Part shown: piece by piece, positions 34,992-47,052 of the stretch | Position numbering within the stretch: the first letter of the stretch is position 1 | How the letters are laid out: each line of letters opens with the position of its first letter | Source of the DNA: Haliotis cracherodii | Taxonomy: Eukaryota | DNA length: 64,000 bases | Assembly: GCF_022045235.1 (NCBI RefSeq) | Contig: NW_027266275.1 | Coordinates: 24,180,001-24,244,000 of the forward strand | Direction of reading: 5' to 3' | Notes under the pieces: model-generated | What the model was told of the DNA's origin: nothing | The model's input: the letters and a program-made list of their open reading frames with translations, nothing else | The model's database searches: none | Program-made: the position numbers and the translations under genes

Positions 34992-36213
34992 CTGAAAAAA
35001 ATGATATATATGGTAACAAGATGACTTTATCATAATCTAAAGGCAAATACCTAAGGGTTTTTTAATCAGGCACACTCGCCTATTGATAAAATATGTTGTA
35101 GCAGGCTGCTGAAGATCCGGGGTAGAATAGGTCTTGATGAGCCAAGTAGATGGTCAAGGTCGTCTCCAACGTCAGCCTGAAAACAGTTTGTTTATATCTT
35201 AACTCGACAAGGAATTGACTGATAACAATCTTATGATAACAGTAGTAGGTTATGTTGAGGTCATGCAGCATGTGCTGTATTTACATACGTTGCTATATTG
35301 CCCTCAGGAATGTTCTTGAAATACTTGTCATTGAGTTTGGAAGGTCGGATTCACGCTCAATGTCGTACACTCAAAAATGAACAATGTTCATAATAACTCA
35401 ACAAATATATAGAGTTTATTTCAGTCAGATCAAATTTAGTAAATACCTTCCTTAGTGTGGGGAATTGACTCTGCTTGGTTTTAAGAGGCCTTCATTCAAG
35501 ATCAAGGCCACACGGTGATGAAATTAAACCGGACGTGCATATAACGTTCCTATTAATGTAGCTAGCGGTATGGGATTTGCTGTTTTAAAGTCGTCATAGA
35601 ACGTGTGGGATGAATTGAAACGACGTTTTCAACCTCTTCGAAGTCGTGTGATGTTGGCCAAGCTGCAGCAGGCAAATCTGGAATGACGTCCCCGAGGCTT
35701 CCTGAATTCTCTGTTTTGTCCTTATTCGGAGTCATTGCCAGGCAAATGTCTTTGCAAATGGTGGTCACTTTGACTTTGACTTGTTAACTATCCGAAACCT
35801 ACTTCGAAACCTTGGTCGTGCACGTGCACCTGAGTTCACATTCTTATTCCGATATCCTGCTTTTTGAATATTACATATTGATATGACTCAATAATCGATG
35901 TGTTTGTTTATTCATTTCACTTGGGTATCAGTGATGTATGGGTACTTTCTTCCAAAATTAGACCACCCTCACGTACCACGTGACAGTCGAGACAGTAACT
36001 ATATTTGAATAGATAAAGTTCCGTTTTTTCAGACAGATAGTGCAAAGGACCAGATGTTTCTTTTTATCTCTACAGAATGTAGATACAATATGTTTTGAAT
36101 AAGTGAAAAAATGTTATGGTTGCACTGATTAGAAGGGATGGGTCTCATGCGTCACAATCTCTGCAGATTCATATTAAGTTATTAGTGCCACAGTCAGCCG
36201 GTGCCGCCACAGC

Positions 36214-37125
36214 ATGGTCGGTCTCTGTGTTTGGGTGGTTCTCTTCACCCTCGCCAACGAGGCGACGGGAAGCGTCATCATATACCCACACGCCAGTGGT
36301 CCACCAGCTTCCAACAAATTCAAGGTGTATGTGAGTCAGGGTGGAAGAAAACATGACAGTTTCACTTACATTACCACCTCTGACAAACGTTCCCACGAAA
36401 CATCATCTGCACACCCAGGACGATCGATGTCGTTCACGTCGTTTTCCTTTACTGGCGGTGCCGTGACAGTGGAGGTCCACACCCAGCGCGACTTCCACAA
36501 CTGCATCGTCAGACCCAAAAGCTACAACTACCACTGCCGCAGAACAGGAACCAAGGTTGCCCAATTCACCGTGTCCAACACCGAGAAGTGGATGTCCGTA
36601 GAATTTGACTATGACTACGGCAGCAGTAATGGAGGCCCAGACATAACAGACAGGCTCCTTGTGTTCGCAGATCCGCCTGAGACACATAAGCCAAACAAGA
36701 ACGACAACTCTGTTCTGTATTATGACGTAGGGATACACAATCTGCATGGCCCGAAACAATTGGATTCTCACATAAAAGAAGTATATTTAGCACCAGGGGC
36801 GTATGTTCAAGGAGGATTTAAGACCACTGGGAATCAACCAGTGAAGATCTATGGCAGAGGAATACTCTCCACTGCTACATACACGTGGCACGATCCAAGA
36901 TTTCAGTGGGCAATGATCGACATTGATAAGGGACATTCTCACGTACTTGAGGGTATCATCATGGTTGATCCTGTGAAATACTTCTACCGCGGACTGAGCG
37001 ATCACAATACCGTCCGTTATGTAAAGATGGTTGGGTCGTGGGCCTATAATTCCGATGGTATTGGTATTGGTCATGATGGACTGGTCGAGGACTGCTTCAT
37101 CTCGGCAAACGATGATGCACTGAAG
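36214..37125 (+). CDS. Secreted GH49-like glycoside hydrolase B, exon 1
   Basis: Signal peptide MVGLCVWVVLFTLANEATG, then VYLAPGAYVQGG, GRGILS, WAYNSDG, FISANDDALK. Donor AAG|GTTTGT, phase 0. Confidence 0.9.
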
Positions 37126-37384
37126 GTTTGTGAATTTTGTTATGTAGACATTTCTTGGATCTTTGCTTGAGCAGTGAATTAGCATTAGCAATACCGAAAG
37201 GGCGTTGATAGGTGTCTCTCTCACACAATGCAAATCGTGTTCTATTATCAAAATCAAACAATCTCGGGAATATGTGATAGTCTGGAGACTCCGAATTATG
37301 AAGTATTGTGGAAAACTTTTACATGATATTAAATAACTATTTTTTAGCAATGATTGGTGAAGTCGATATTTTGACGTATAGATA

Positions 37385-38425
37385 AACAGGGTTTTTCTTG
37401 AAACAGTACTGACGGATCAACATGGGTTTTCTGGGAAAAGTACTAACCAAGTGAAGCTGGTTTTACTGGGAATATAAACGACAGGTGAAAAGGGTTTTAC
37501 TGGGGAAAGATAAACGACAGGTTAAGAGGGTTTTACTGGGAAAGTAAACGACAGGTGAACAAGAATTTTCTGGGAAAATAAACGACAGGTAAAAAAATGT
37601 TTAATGGGAAAATGAACGACGGGTGAAAGGGGTTTTACTGTGAAAAAAACCGACGGGTGAAAGGGGTTTTATTGGGAAAATAAACGACAGGTCAACAGGA
37701 CTTTACTGGGAAAATTAAGGACAAGTCAACACGGTTTTACTGGGAAAATAAACGACATGTGAAGAGGGTTTTACTGGGCAAATAAATGACAGGTGAACAG
37801 GTTTTAAAAAAAATAAACGTCAGGTGAACAGGTTTTTACTGGGAAAATAAACGTCAGGTGAACACGGTTTTACTGGGAAAAGTACTGACGGATGAACAGG
37901 GTTTCACTGAGAAAAGTACTGACGGACGAACATGGTTTTACTGGGATCTGTACTGATGAATAAACATGGTTTACTGGGAACAGTAGCGACAGGTGAACTG
38001 GGTTTTACTGGGAAAATAAATGACAGGTGAACATGGTTTTACTGGGATAATAAACGACAGGTCAAGAGGGGGCGTACTGGGAAAAATAAACGACATGTGA
38101 AGAGGGTTTTACTGGGAAAATAAAGGACAGGTGAACAGGGGTTTTACTGGGAAAATAAACGACAGGTGAACAGGGTTTTAGTAGGAAAATAAAGGACAGG
38201 TGAACAGGGGTTTTACTGGGAAAATAAACGACATGTGAAGATTGTTTTACTGGGAAAATAAACGACAGGTGAAAACGATTTTACTAAGAAAACTACTGAT
38301 GGGTTAACAGGGTTTCATTGGGAAAGGTAATGACGGACAAAAATGGTTTTACTGGGATCGGTACTGGTGAAGAAACGTGGTTTTACTGGGAACAATAGCG
38401 ACAGGTGAAATGGGTTTTACAAGGA
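37385..38425. repeat. About 34-bp minisatellite inside the GH49-B intron
   Basis: Unit gggttttactgggaaaataaacgacaggtgaaca, about 30 diverged copies. Confidence 0.9.
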
Positions 38426-38577
38426 TATCCACTATCAGGACGACCAGGGTTTCCCCGTATCTTTAATTAATTTTCAATTACACCCAACAAATAATCTAGA
38501 ACGTGGGATGGTGCGGCAAATGTTACTCCCATTCGAGAAATTTAGAAACCCAACTGGAGCGTGCTTATTGTATTCAG

Positions 38578-39117
38578 GTATACACAGACAACATGGTGGC
38601 ACGGAGGGTCGTCATCTGGCAGATGCAGAACGGGGCTGTCTTCCAGAACGGATGGTGGAGCGGCAGAGATATGAAGAAAGTCAGGATAAGTGACATCGAC
38701 GTCATTCACACCGACTGGTGCACTTTTAAAGGTTCCAACTGTCACATCAGCGACAACGACGCAGTCTTCGACCTGGCTGGTAACACAAAGCATTTCGCCA
38801 TGAATGATATCGTCTTCACCAACATTAGGGTAGAAGGGACTTGTCCACGTATTGTGTATTGGAAGATGGCCAACGGGGCATCGGGGGCGGCTTCCAACGT
38901 CCACATTATAAACCTGTCCGTGGAATCCCAGCCTGGCCACGACAGTCTCCATAACGAAATAGCAGGGAATTCTGGAGGCAGAGTCACCAACTGGCAGTTC
39001 AACAACTTCAAGATTGGCGGCAAATGCATCTCCGGTGCAGCCCAAGCAGACTTTCATATCGATGCCAACACCACCAGCAATATCCGGTTTAATTGCGGGG
39101 GAGCTATCATTGGATAA
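38578..39117 (+). CDS. GH49-like hydrolase B, exon 2
   Basis: Acceptor tgtattcag, then VYTDNM...VVIWQMQNGAVFQNGWW. The joined protein is 483 aa. Confidence 0.9.
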   Translation, partial: VYTDNMVARRVVIWQMQNGAVFQNGWWSGRDMKKVRISDIDVIHTDWCTFKGSNCHISDNDAVFDLAGNTKHFAMNDIVFTNIRVEGTCPRIVYWKMANGASGAASNVHIINLSVESQPGHDSLHNEIAGNSGGRVTNWQFNNFKIGGKCISGAAQADFHIDANTTSNIRFNCGGAIIG

Positions 39118-42100
39118 TGAGATGATGGTAATGAAACGTGGTTTGAATACATTTGGCTGCAACATTTCAGGCGTGAGTAAAGCTTTCAAAAAGTGTTATG
39201 GAAGACGTGGAGGATATTTCCAAATGTGTCGCATCAGTGACAAACATTATTCTCGATGCAATTCCTTATTTTAATTTGTACCAGGTGTTTCCGTGTCTTT
39301 CCAGGTGGACAATTGACTTACCTTTGCATGTGTTTGTGTCAAGTGTGCAACCGGTGGACAGGATAGGCTCACCTTTTCGCGAACACCTGGTATAAACACA
39401 TGCTTGTGATGAAAACAATGGTCAGAATTATACAATGGACTCTGCTTACAGAAGAGATTACTTTTGATTATGAAAATGGTTTTGTCCATTTTTATTTATT
39501 TGAATATAGAACTGAAAATTCAAACCTTAAAATTGAACTGTTTCACTAGTTTGAGTAAAAAAATGAGGCTCGGTTTATATGTCATCGTTATCTCATCACA
39601 GATTTGTTCACACTATGTAACTCCGTGAAATATTGATGATGGTTGACCTTGAATGTCACAGAGTGGTGATGCGTTGTAAATTGAAGTAATAAACACATAA
39701 GGAGAGATTAGGCACCATCCAACCTGTAGGGATTCCTGGTCAGAAAAAGACCCTCATTGCTTCATGCTTTTCGCAACATTTGATCAGATGGACAGGTTCT
39801 GTTGCATGCCATGTAGCTGGTCGCATGTCTGGCGTGGAGTGCTGGTCATGCTTTCAATCACTGGTTCGTCTTGTCCACACTCGAATACTTACAGACCGCC
39901 GTGATATAACTGATATTGGCGTTAAACAGCTTTCACTCACTTAAACATCAACTACCTTATTGCATCTGAACTATTTCATTTTTTATGTTTTAATCACTGA
40001 AAAAAATCTTACCAAATCGTTTATCTCATAAGACTTTTTTGAAAATTACCTTCTGAAGCATAATACCATGGTGGTCTTTTGTTTTCATTTCAAGATGACA
40101 GACGTCTGGTCAACAACTCATATAACGGTTTCAAACAGTTCCGTCAGGCGTCCAACGTCACACGAATTTCTAGGAGTGAGTGAATCGGGTTTTACGCCGC
40201 TTTTAGAAATATTCTAGCTTCACACATTGTACCCATGTCGGGAATCGAACCCGGGTCTCCGGTGTGACGAGCGAACGATTTAAACACAAGGCTACCCGGC
40301 CGCCCTTGAGTGTCTAGGAAGACATTGAATGTCACAGAGTGGTGATGTGTTAGAACATACAGTGTCAGCTGAGAACATATGACTCAGGTGTCGCAGCCTA
40401 ATCATGACATATTGTCAATATATAGTTTTCAATTTAGGAGTGCTAAGCATTTGCTAAGGCGTATGATAGAGGCGTATAGTGAGGTGAAGGTAAAATGGGG
40501 TTTTAACGTCGCGTCGAAGATATTTGCACTTATATAGCGATGTGCATGCACACGTGTGTGTGTGTGTATGTGTGTGTCTGCTTGTACTTGTCCGGGCTGA
40601 TGCCGATTTATAGTGCTATCCCACTGAGATACCATGCCTCAGTTTATCATGAATACCCCACAGAATACTGAGCCGACCAGTCCCTTAATGCCGAGCGCCA
40701 TCTTTTAACGTCTTTTGGTATGACGCGTCCGGGGATCGAACCCCGGACCCTACGCTCTCCGGGCGGACGCTCTACCACTAGACCACCGAGAAGCCCGACG
40801 TGTTGCAGGTCTCAGACGTTTACCGCTTCGGTGAAACCCACGAGCACGGGTATGGTGCTGACAAACCTAGAAACATAATCGGGACGAACCGGGATTCGAA
40901 CCCACAATCATCGTCTTTGCACATTAAACAATAACTGAAGCCGAAACAAATTCATATTTTTCAGAATTAATGACGATGAAGCCAACAGAAAGTGATAGAT
41001 AAGTGTTGGGTGTTTTGTGTGTAGGTACCGGAGGTGTAGATGACGGCAACATTCGGAACATTTTCTGTTTTACCTCTGTTGTGTTGCAATAATACAATGT
41101 CGATTCATTCTGGCTGTGCCTGGTATCGCTATTTTGGACACACAAGGGACCATTATTCTTGGTATCTTTACTATTATATGATTATGATACTATGTAGTAT
41201 TTCATCAAAACTAGACAACTTTCATTCTTCAAAATCATAATGGTTCGTAAAAAATAGAATAATCTCCGGAATTATGAAATTCTCATCAATATCTTTCGTC
41301 GTTTTGAGAATGAAAGACTTCTAAATTATTTCTTACCAGATGTTAATATCTCTTTACGGATAGCGGATAGATTCCACACTTTCCTTCACCAGCCTTTTTA
41401 AGGCAAGTTGATAAAATTAGCAAAGTTACATGACATTATGCGCGTACATGTATGTCAATAATACCAGTTAGCGTGTTTTTATGTGTTAGCGTGTTCATTG
41501 TTATATACTATTCTTAATTTCTCATTTTTTTTCTAGATATTGGAATTAAATTTTACAATGTTAATTGTTATCATTGTAATTTTCAACAGATCTATGTAGA
41601 AATATATCTTGGTTCAATAATCCCCATAGACCATGCTAGTGTTGGCGTGGCTAGCTAGGATGGAGCTGAAATGTTGCGTATTTTAAAGAAGCCCTTGAAA
41701 TACAATTCGGTAACAAAGATGGCTGGGTGCCTGGGTGACATATTAGATGCGTGTACTGTAAATGTAAAAAGTGTCACTACACATATTACATCATATACGC
41801 GACACAATACTGCATATCCTACACCTACAACCATGACAATATTCAGAGATTGTACAGATGGTCGTGGAACATCAGGGTGGCGAGATAGTTCTTGTGGTAA
41901 TGGCCCCGTGGAGATTCCAGATTAGATGGTTCCCCAGCTACTTACATTATTTTGTTTGCTGTGCGAGGTAACGAAATGGATATGGTTCCCTTCAACTAGT
42001 GCATGTAAATGTGCTAAATGAACTTATTGCTAAGTAAGTAAAAGTTGCATTGGGCCTGTTCAGCCAGGATATGTATTTCTGCTTCAAAATATAATATGAA

Positions 42101-42424
42101 AAGGCCTAAATTGAGCTATTAATGCAGACGACAACAGAGCGTGGTGGTCTGAATCTTCACATTTCTAGCAGCACTGATATGAAAATAAAATCGCTATGAA
42201 CATTGAATGGTACATTTGAACTTTGATAAACATTGTAAATATCCGTATGCTTATCTACTATTATTGTTTTACACACCCCATACAAAAATGTACCATAAAA
42301 TATTGCTCTCGCTCTTTTGTTGTCACCCGATTCGAACCTGAGATTACATTGGCTTGCTCGGGTGAAAAGAATACGTGTACATCAAGAAATCAGAGTTACC
42401 CCCCTTCGTTTGACTGCATTCAAA

Positions 42425-42547
42425 ATGGCTGCCTTGTCAAGGGCAGGACTGAATGTCGGTCGACAAATCGTTTGTCGGGCATTCTCATCCACTCGAAAAA
42501 CTCTCGGATCTCAGTCTCACGTGGATGAAAAAACACACACAGGACAG
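42425..42547 (+). CDS. NDUFS6: NADH dehydrogenase [ubiquinone] Fe-S protein 6, exon 1 (mitochondrial presequence)
   Basis: aaaATGG start, Arg/Ser-rich presequence, ends THTGQ; donor CAG|GTATAA. Confidence 0.9.
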
Positions 42548-43763
42548 GTATAATGAATACGATATGATCTTAGATATTCATTTGTGAGAATGCAAACGTT
42601 CAAGTAACAAGTCAGGTGAACTGGGTTCGAGAATGTCACTATTCAGTTTATATATTCTGTTTTTAGTTTATAACCTTTTAACATATAGCGTATTAATGTA
42701 TACGTGCAATCACACATGTTCAACTCCAACATATATAATAGATATGACTAAATGAGAATGTATAGCTATAACTAAGCCAGTAAACATGGGATTTGCTAGG
42801 TTTTTAATTTCTAGCTGTTCCTCAGCGAAAACATGTTTACACAAACTCCTATGTAAAAACCTCATTGAAATATTTACATTGTCCGTGGAATAAAGAAGGT
42901 ACTAGAGCTTAAATTCTCCATCCAGGAATTAAACGCTGTCAGTGGTTACCCACTGGAATAGGTCCCTCCAACCTCACTCTGTAGAGGGAGCTTTTAATTG
43001 TCTCAGTGGTCAGCTTTGGTGATCTGGGTGATTGTTCTGTCATCATCCAACACCAGTGCCCGGTCCAGTGGCATGGGATGTTGCACTATCAGGGTTAGAA
43101 CTTAGAGGGACAGGACGTCAGCCATACTGAAGTATTGTTTTTAAATTAACCTAGCCGATAACCCCTGGTGGTCACAAAGAACTCAGGGTAGGATTGTCTT
43201 CATTTAACATGTTTAATGTGTAATCTGGGCTTCGATACACACTGGCAGTTACACATGTTACAAGCTGACATTTAGTAGTTTTGTAATTCCGACATAAGAA
43301 ACATACACAAGCTTTCTCTTCGATTTGCCGAAAAGACAAGACTGAAGCCAGTTTACTCCGCACATCGCTTGCGTTGTCAGCTTCGCTGGGCAGAGCTCTA
43401 TTGTTTTGGAATGAGAATTGAATCAGGCATGTGACATTACACTTGGAAATTATTTCATGCATCATTTGGTAACTAACACAACAGTTGATGTGCTGTCCCT
43501 TTAACACTAGCTCTCTAACCCGTGGCTAGGTACAAATTGCTGCAGGCTACTACAAATTTCCCCATTGTTTTAACACAATATGCATTCTCCGAATATTCTT
43601 GCATCAGTGATTACATGTATTGTGTCAGTATGTCTGTAACAATTTCAGTTTATTCATCATTCTTCAGATCGATATGGTTTAGATTTGTTTCTGGATATGT
43701 TTAAGACCTTTCCTTGAGCATATTTAGCCATGTTTTTGTTCAAGACAGTGTTGTATGTTTCAG

Positions 43764-43817
43764 GTATGGGAAAGGGGAGACTACCGGCGTGTGAGATTTG
43801 TTGACAAGGACAAGATG
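43764..43817 (+). CDS. NDUFS6: NDUFS6 exon 2
   Basis: VWERGDYRRVRFVDKDKM; ttcag acceptor, GTAAGA donor. Confidence 0.92.
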
Positions 43818-43961
43818 GTAAGATAGAGAAAAATCAAACATTAAATTTCTGGGAGTTGATACTTAACATGATGTTGTACCTTATGCTACACTCTTGCTGA
43901 TATTAACTGATCATGCTGATCACAATACATTGAGCATGTGATACACAGTTATTTGTGGACA

Positions 43962-44131
43962 GGGGCAGTCGGGTAGCCTAGTGGTTAAAGTGTTCGCTCG
44001 TCACGCCGAAATTCCGGGTTCAATTCCTGACATGGGTACAATGTGTGAAGCCCATTTCTGGTGTCCCCTGCCGTGATTTTGCCGGAATATTGCTAAAAGT
44101 GGTGTAAAACCATACTCACTCACTCGCTCAC
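43962..44131 (+). mobile_element. SINE family A copy in an NDUFS6 intron
   Basis: Flanked by TSD tatttgtggacag. Confidence 0.88.
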
Positions 44132-44740
44132 TATTTGTGGACAGTGGGTCAACATGATCAATACTATCAGTTCCATCGGTGTGATAAGTGTGCTTGTAAC
44201 CATGGTAACCATGTTAAAAAGCTTACTGTTGAAGAGAAAAAAGGTAAAGAATATGGTATGGTAGAAATATAGAATGAAACAATGAAATCTTTCTCAAGTG
44301 ACTGAAGCCATTGATCAAACTGTTGATTGGTGCATCGCATTTATCCATATCATGATGATTAGTAGCATTATTTTGTGAGATACGAATAGTATTTGAACAT
44401 TTTATAGCATATCCATATGTATATCTTCAACATTTTTCTCGTTAATTCAGAAGTAAATGACAAGAGGGAGTTGTTTATTGTACATTGAAACACTGCAGGG
44501 AGAATAAACCATGAGGGGCACAGTCCTCAGTTGTTTATTCTCCCTGCAGTGTTTTATTGTATGATAAACAATGACCACAAGTCGTTTCTTCCTTACAATT
44601 ATGTACAGCCCCCCTGAATAGAATCTGACCTCGGACATGTCAGACAAGTCCATTTTACCAACAGGGGGATTATCCTCACGTCAATTATCTGTACCTTTTC
44701 TCCTAATACCAATTGTCAGATCTCTCCTACTTTGGGATGT

Positions 44741-44913
44741 GGGGCGGTCGGGTAGCCTAGTGGTTAAAGCGTTCGCTCGTCACGCCGAAGACCCGGGTTT
44801 ATTTCCTGACATGGGTACAAAGTGTGAAGCCCATTTCTGGTGTCCCCCACCATGATATTGCTGGAATATTCCTAAAGCGGCGTAAAACCATACTCACTCA
44901 CTCACTCACTCAC
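44741..44913 (+). mobile_element. SINE family A copy in an NDUFS6 intron
   Basis: Flanked by TSD ctactttgggatg. Confidence 0.88.
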
Positions 44914-45259
44914 TACTTTGGGATGCGATTGTACGGCCACTGTGTTTATCCGCGTCGTGCAACTACACCTATGGGGAACAACTTACTAGATACTTCCCTC
45001 TCAAAAATAACGTCATCCAATATATGGCGTCATCAAGTTGCAACGCATATTCGAATCTGTAGAAATGAGGTCATGATGGTCATGAGGTCACAATGTTTTA
45101 TAGTGAAATAAACCACGCTTTGTTCTTTATTGTTTTTTGTAATTTATCGCGTAGCTATCTTATATTGAATATTAATAGAATTGTTGAGGTCATTTTGATA
45201 ATCTGTCCTCTTTAGCATGTTTAGTGTTGAGTGGTACACTTCTCTGTGTATATTTCCAG

Positions 45260-45379
45260 GTAAATGAGCAGTTCGCTGTGAACCTGATAGCTGAAGATCC
45301 TGTAGTGGTGGTGGAGGCACGCAATGTGTGGAGCGACAGTGGTGGAGCACTGGGACACCCCAAGGTCTACATTAACCTG
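45260..45379 (+). CDS. NDUFS6: NDUFS6 exon 3
   Basis: [40 protein letters not shown]. Confidence 0.95.
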
Positions 45380-46917
45380 GTCTGTGTTTCTGGTCTTTAG
45401 TTATTCTCATATTAGGGATTCAAGGTTAGGATAGATCCCCAGCAACCTATGTTTGTTGTAAGAGGCGACTAAATGGAGCGTGTGGTCATTCTTGATGTCT
45501 TGTTTGATTGTGTGTCATCGTGCCCCGATGGTATGAGGCATTATAATAATATTCACTGGTTTGTCTGGTCCGGATTTGATTACTTACAGGCTGCTGGAAT
45601 ATAGCTCAGTACAGTGTTAAAGAAATACAAATGAACAAATTCTTCTCGTGTTATATTCCTTATACCGGTAATCATATTGGGAAAACTGGGCAGAATAGAC
45701 CGGGACCCACTTGCACAAAGCGATCTTAGTGCTAAGATGATCCTATACTTTAACATAGGCTTACGATAGTCTTAGGGCTAAGATCTCTTTGTCCAAGTGG
45801 GCCATGTTGGTCTGACGTCTTTGTCAAGCCCCTGGCATGGGCATCTGTCATCACACACCTGTATAGTAGCTCATGCTATCAACCTATGGTTTGCCCTGCC
45901 CCAACTAAACGATGTACCAGGTTTCATGATAGGGTTCATAAGTTGGAATAGTGCTGAATGTGATGAAAGACAACAATCGCTCACACCTACACTACAAGAA
46001 GGGGTGATTTGACTTGGTGTCTTGGCAACATTGAGGAAATTTGGGTTATCATTATTTTGTGGTATCTTTGTATGTGTTTGATAGATTTATGAGAAATGCT
46101 TCAATGCAGGCAATGAAATAAAGTCGGGAGTATTTAATAGACCTTTTTGGGGTTATATACAGTTTCTACATAGTCTCGTGAAAACATGACTTGCGATATT
46201 TCTGGTCCATTTTTATGTGGGCCAGTGAAACCTTGGAACTATCTACTTCATTGGTTCTGTTTGCAGGGTTTGAAATATGTTTGAAACCCCAAAAGGCGTG
46301 CAGGTGACCCATAACTGCTGCCTGCCCATCTTCAAACTTATCTGCCCTCATTCAGACATTATTAATATTGAAAAATCGCCACCAAAAATAAGAGGCAAAT
46401 CACGTCTTGATTCAGTTGAAATAATGAAAACAATTACCAGAGAACCTACAAGGAGTTAACTGAATAAAACTGAATACGTAAGTAGTCTTAAATTATCTGC
46501 CAGACAGTCTGGCAGGTGGAGGAAAATTTCATGCAGCCTGACACAAAAGTTGCAAGCCACAGGCAGGCTGACAGGCAGGCTGGCAAGCAGTTATTTTCGG
46601 ACACTGTATGTGTATCATAGGTTCTGGTTACTGTATAACACATTAGGAGTTACTGTTACTGTTGCCTTTTTGCAGTGTTAGAACATGAATTGTATATAAT
46701 TTTTATCATACAGTAACTGTAGGAATACAATATCTCAATGGAACACCCCATGTATAATATAATTCCAAATTATTTACAGCCATATTTGTTTGCCATAAGC
46801 ACTCATACATTGGAAAGAACCTATCAAATGTTTTGTCATTTGCATATTTTTTGGATGGTGGTTAGATTGGGTTATATTACACAATCCACTATATTGTAAG
46901 TCTTTATATTCTTGCAG

Positions 46918-47052
46918 GATAAGAATGAATTTGGCGTGTGCGGCTACTCGGGAAGGAAGTTTATCCAGAAGAAGTTCTATGATCCGGCCAAGCACGGTCC
47001 CAGTATAACATATGCAGAGTACCTGGCACAGGTGCAGCCCAGCAGTGACTAG
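46918..47052 (+). CDS. NDUFS6: NDUFS6 exon 4
   Basis: DKNEFGVCGYSGRKFIQKK...PSSD-stop; AATAAA at 47156-47161. Total 143 aa. Confidence 0.92.
   Translation, partial: DKNEFGVCGYSGRKFIQKKFYDPAKHGPSITYAEYLAQVQPSSD

Noticed and set aside
27859-39117. Bacterial contamination explaining the GH49-like genes
   Set aside because: The genes have GT-AG introns at a shared position, contain host repeats and are contiguous with NDUFS6.
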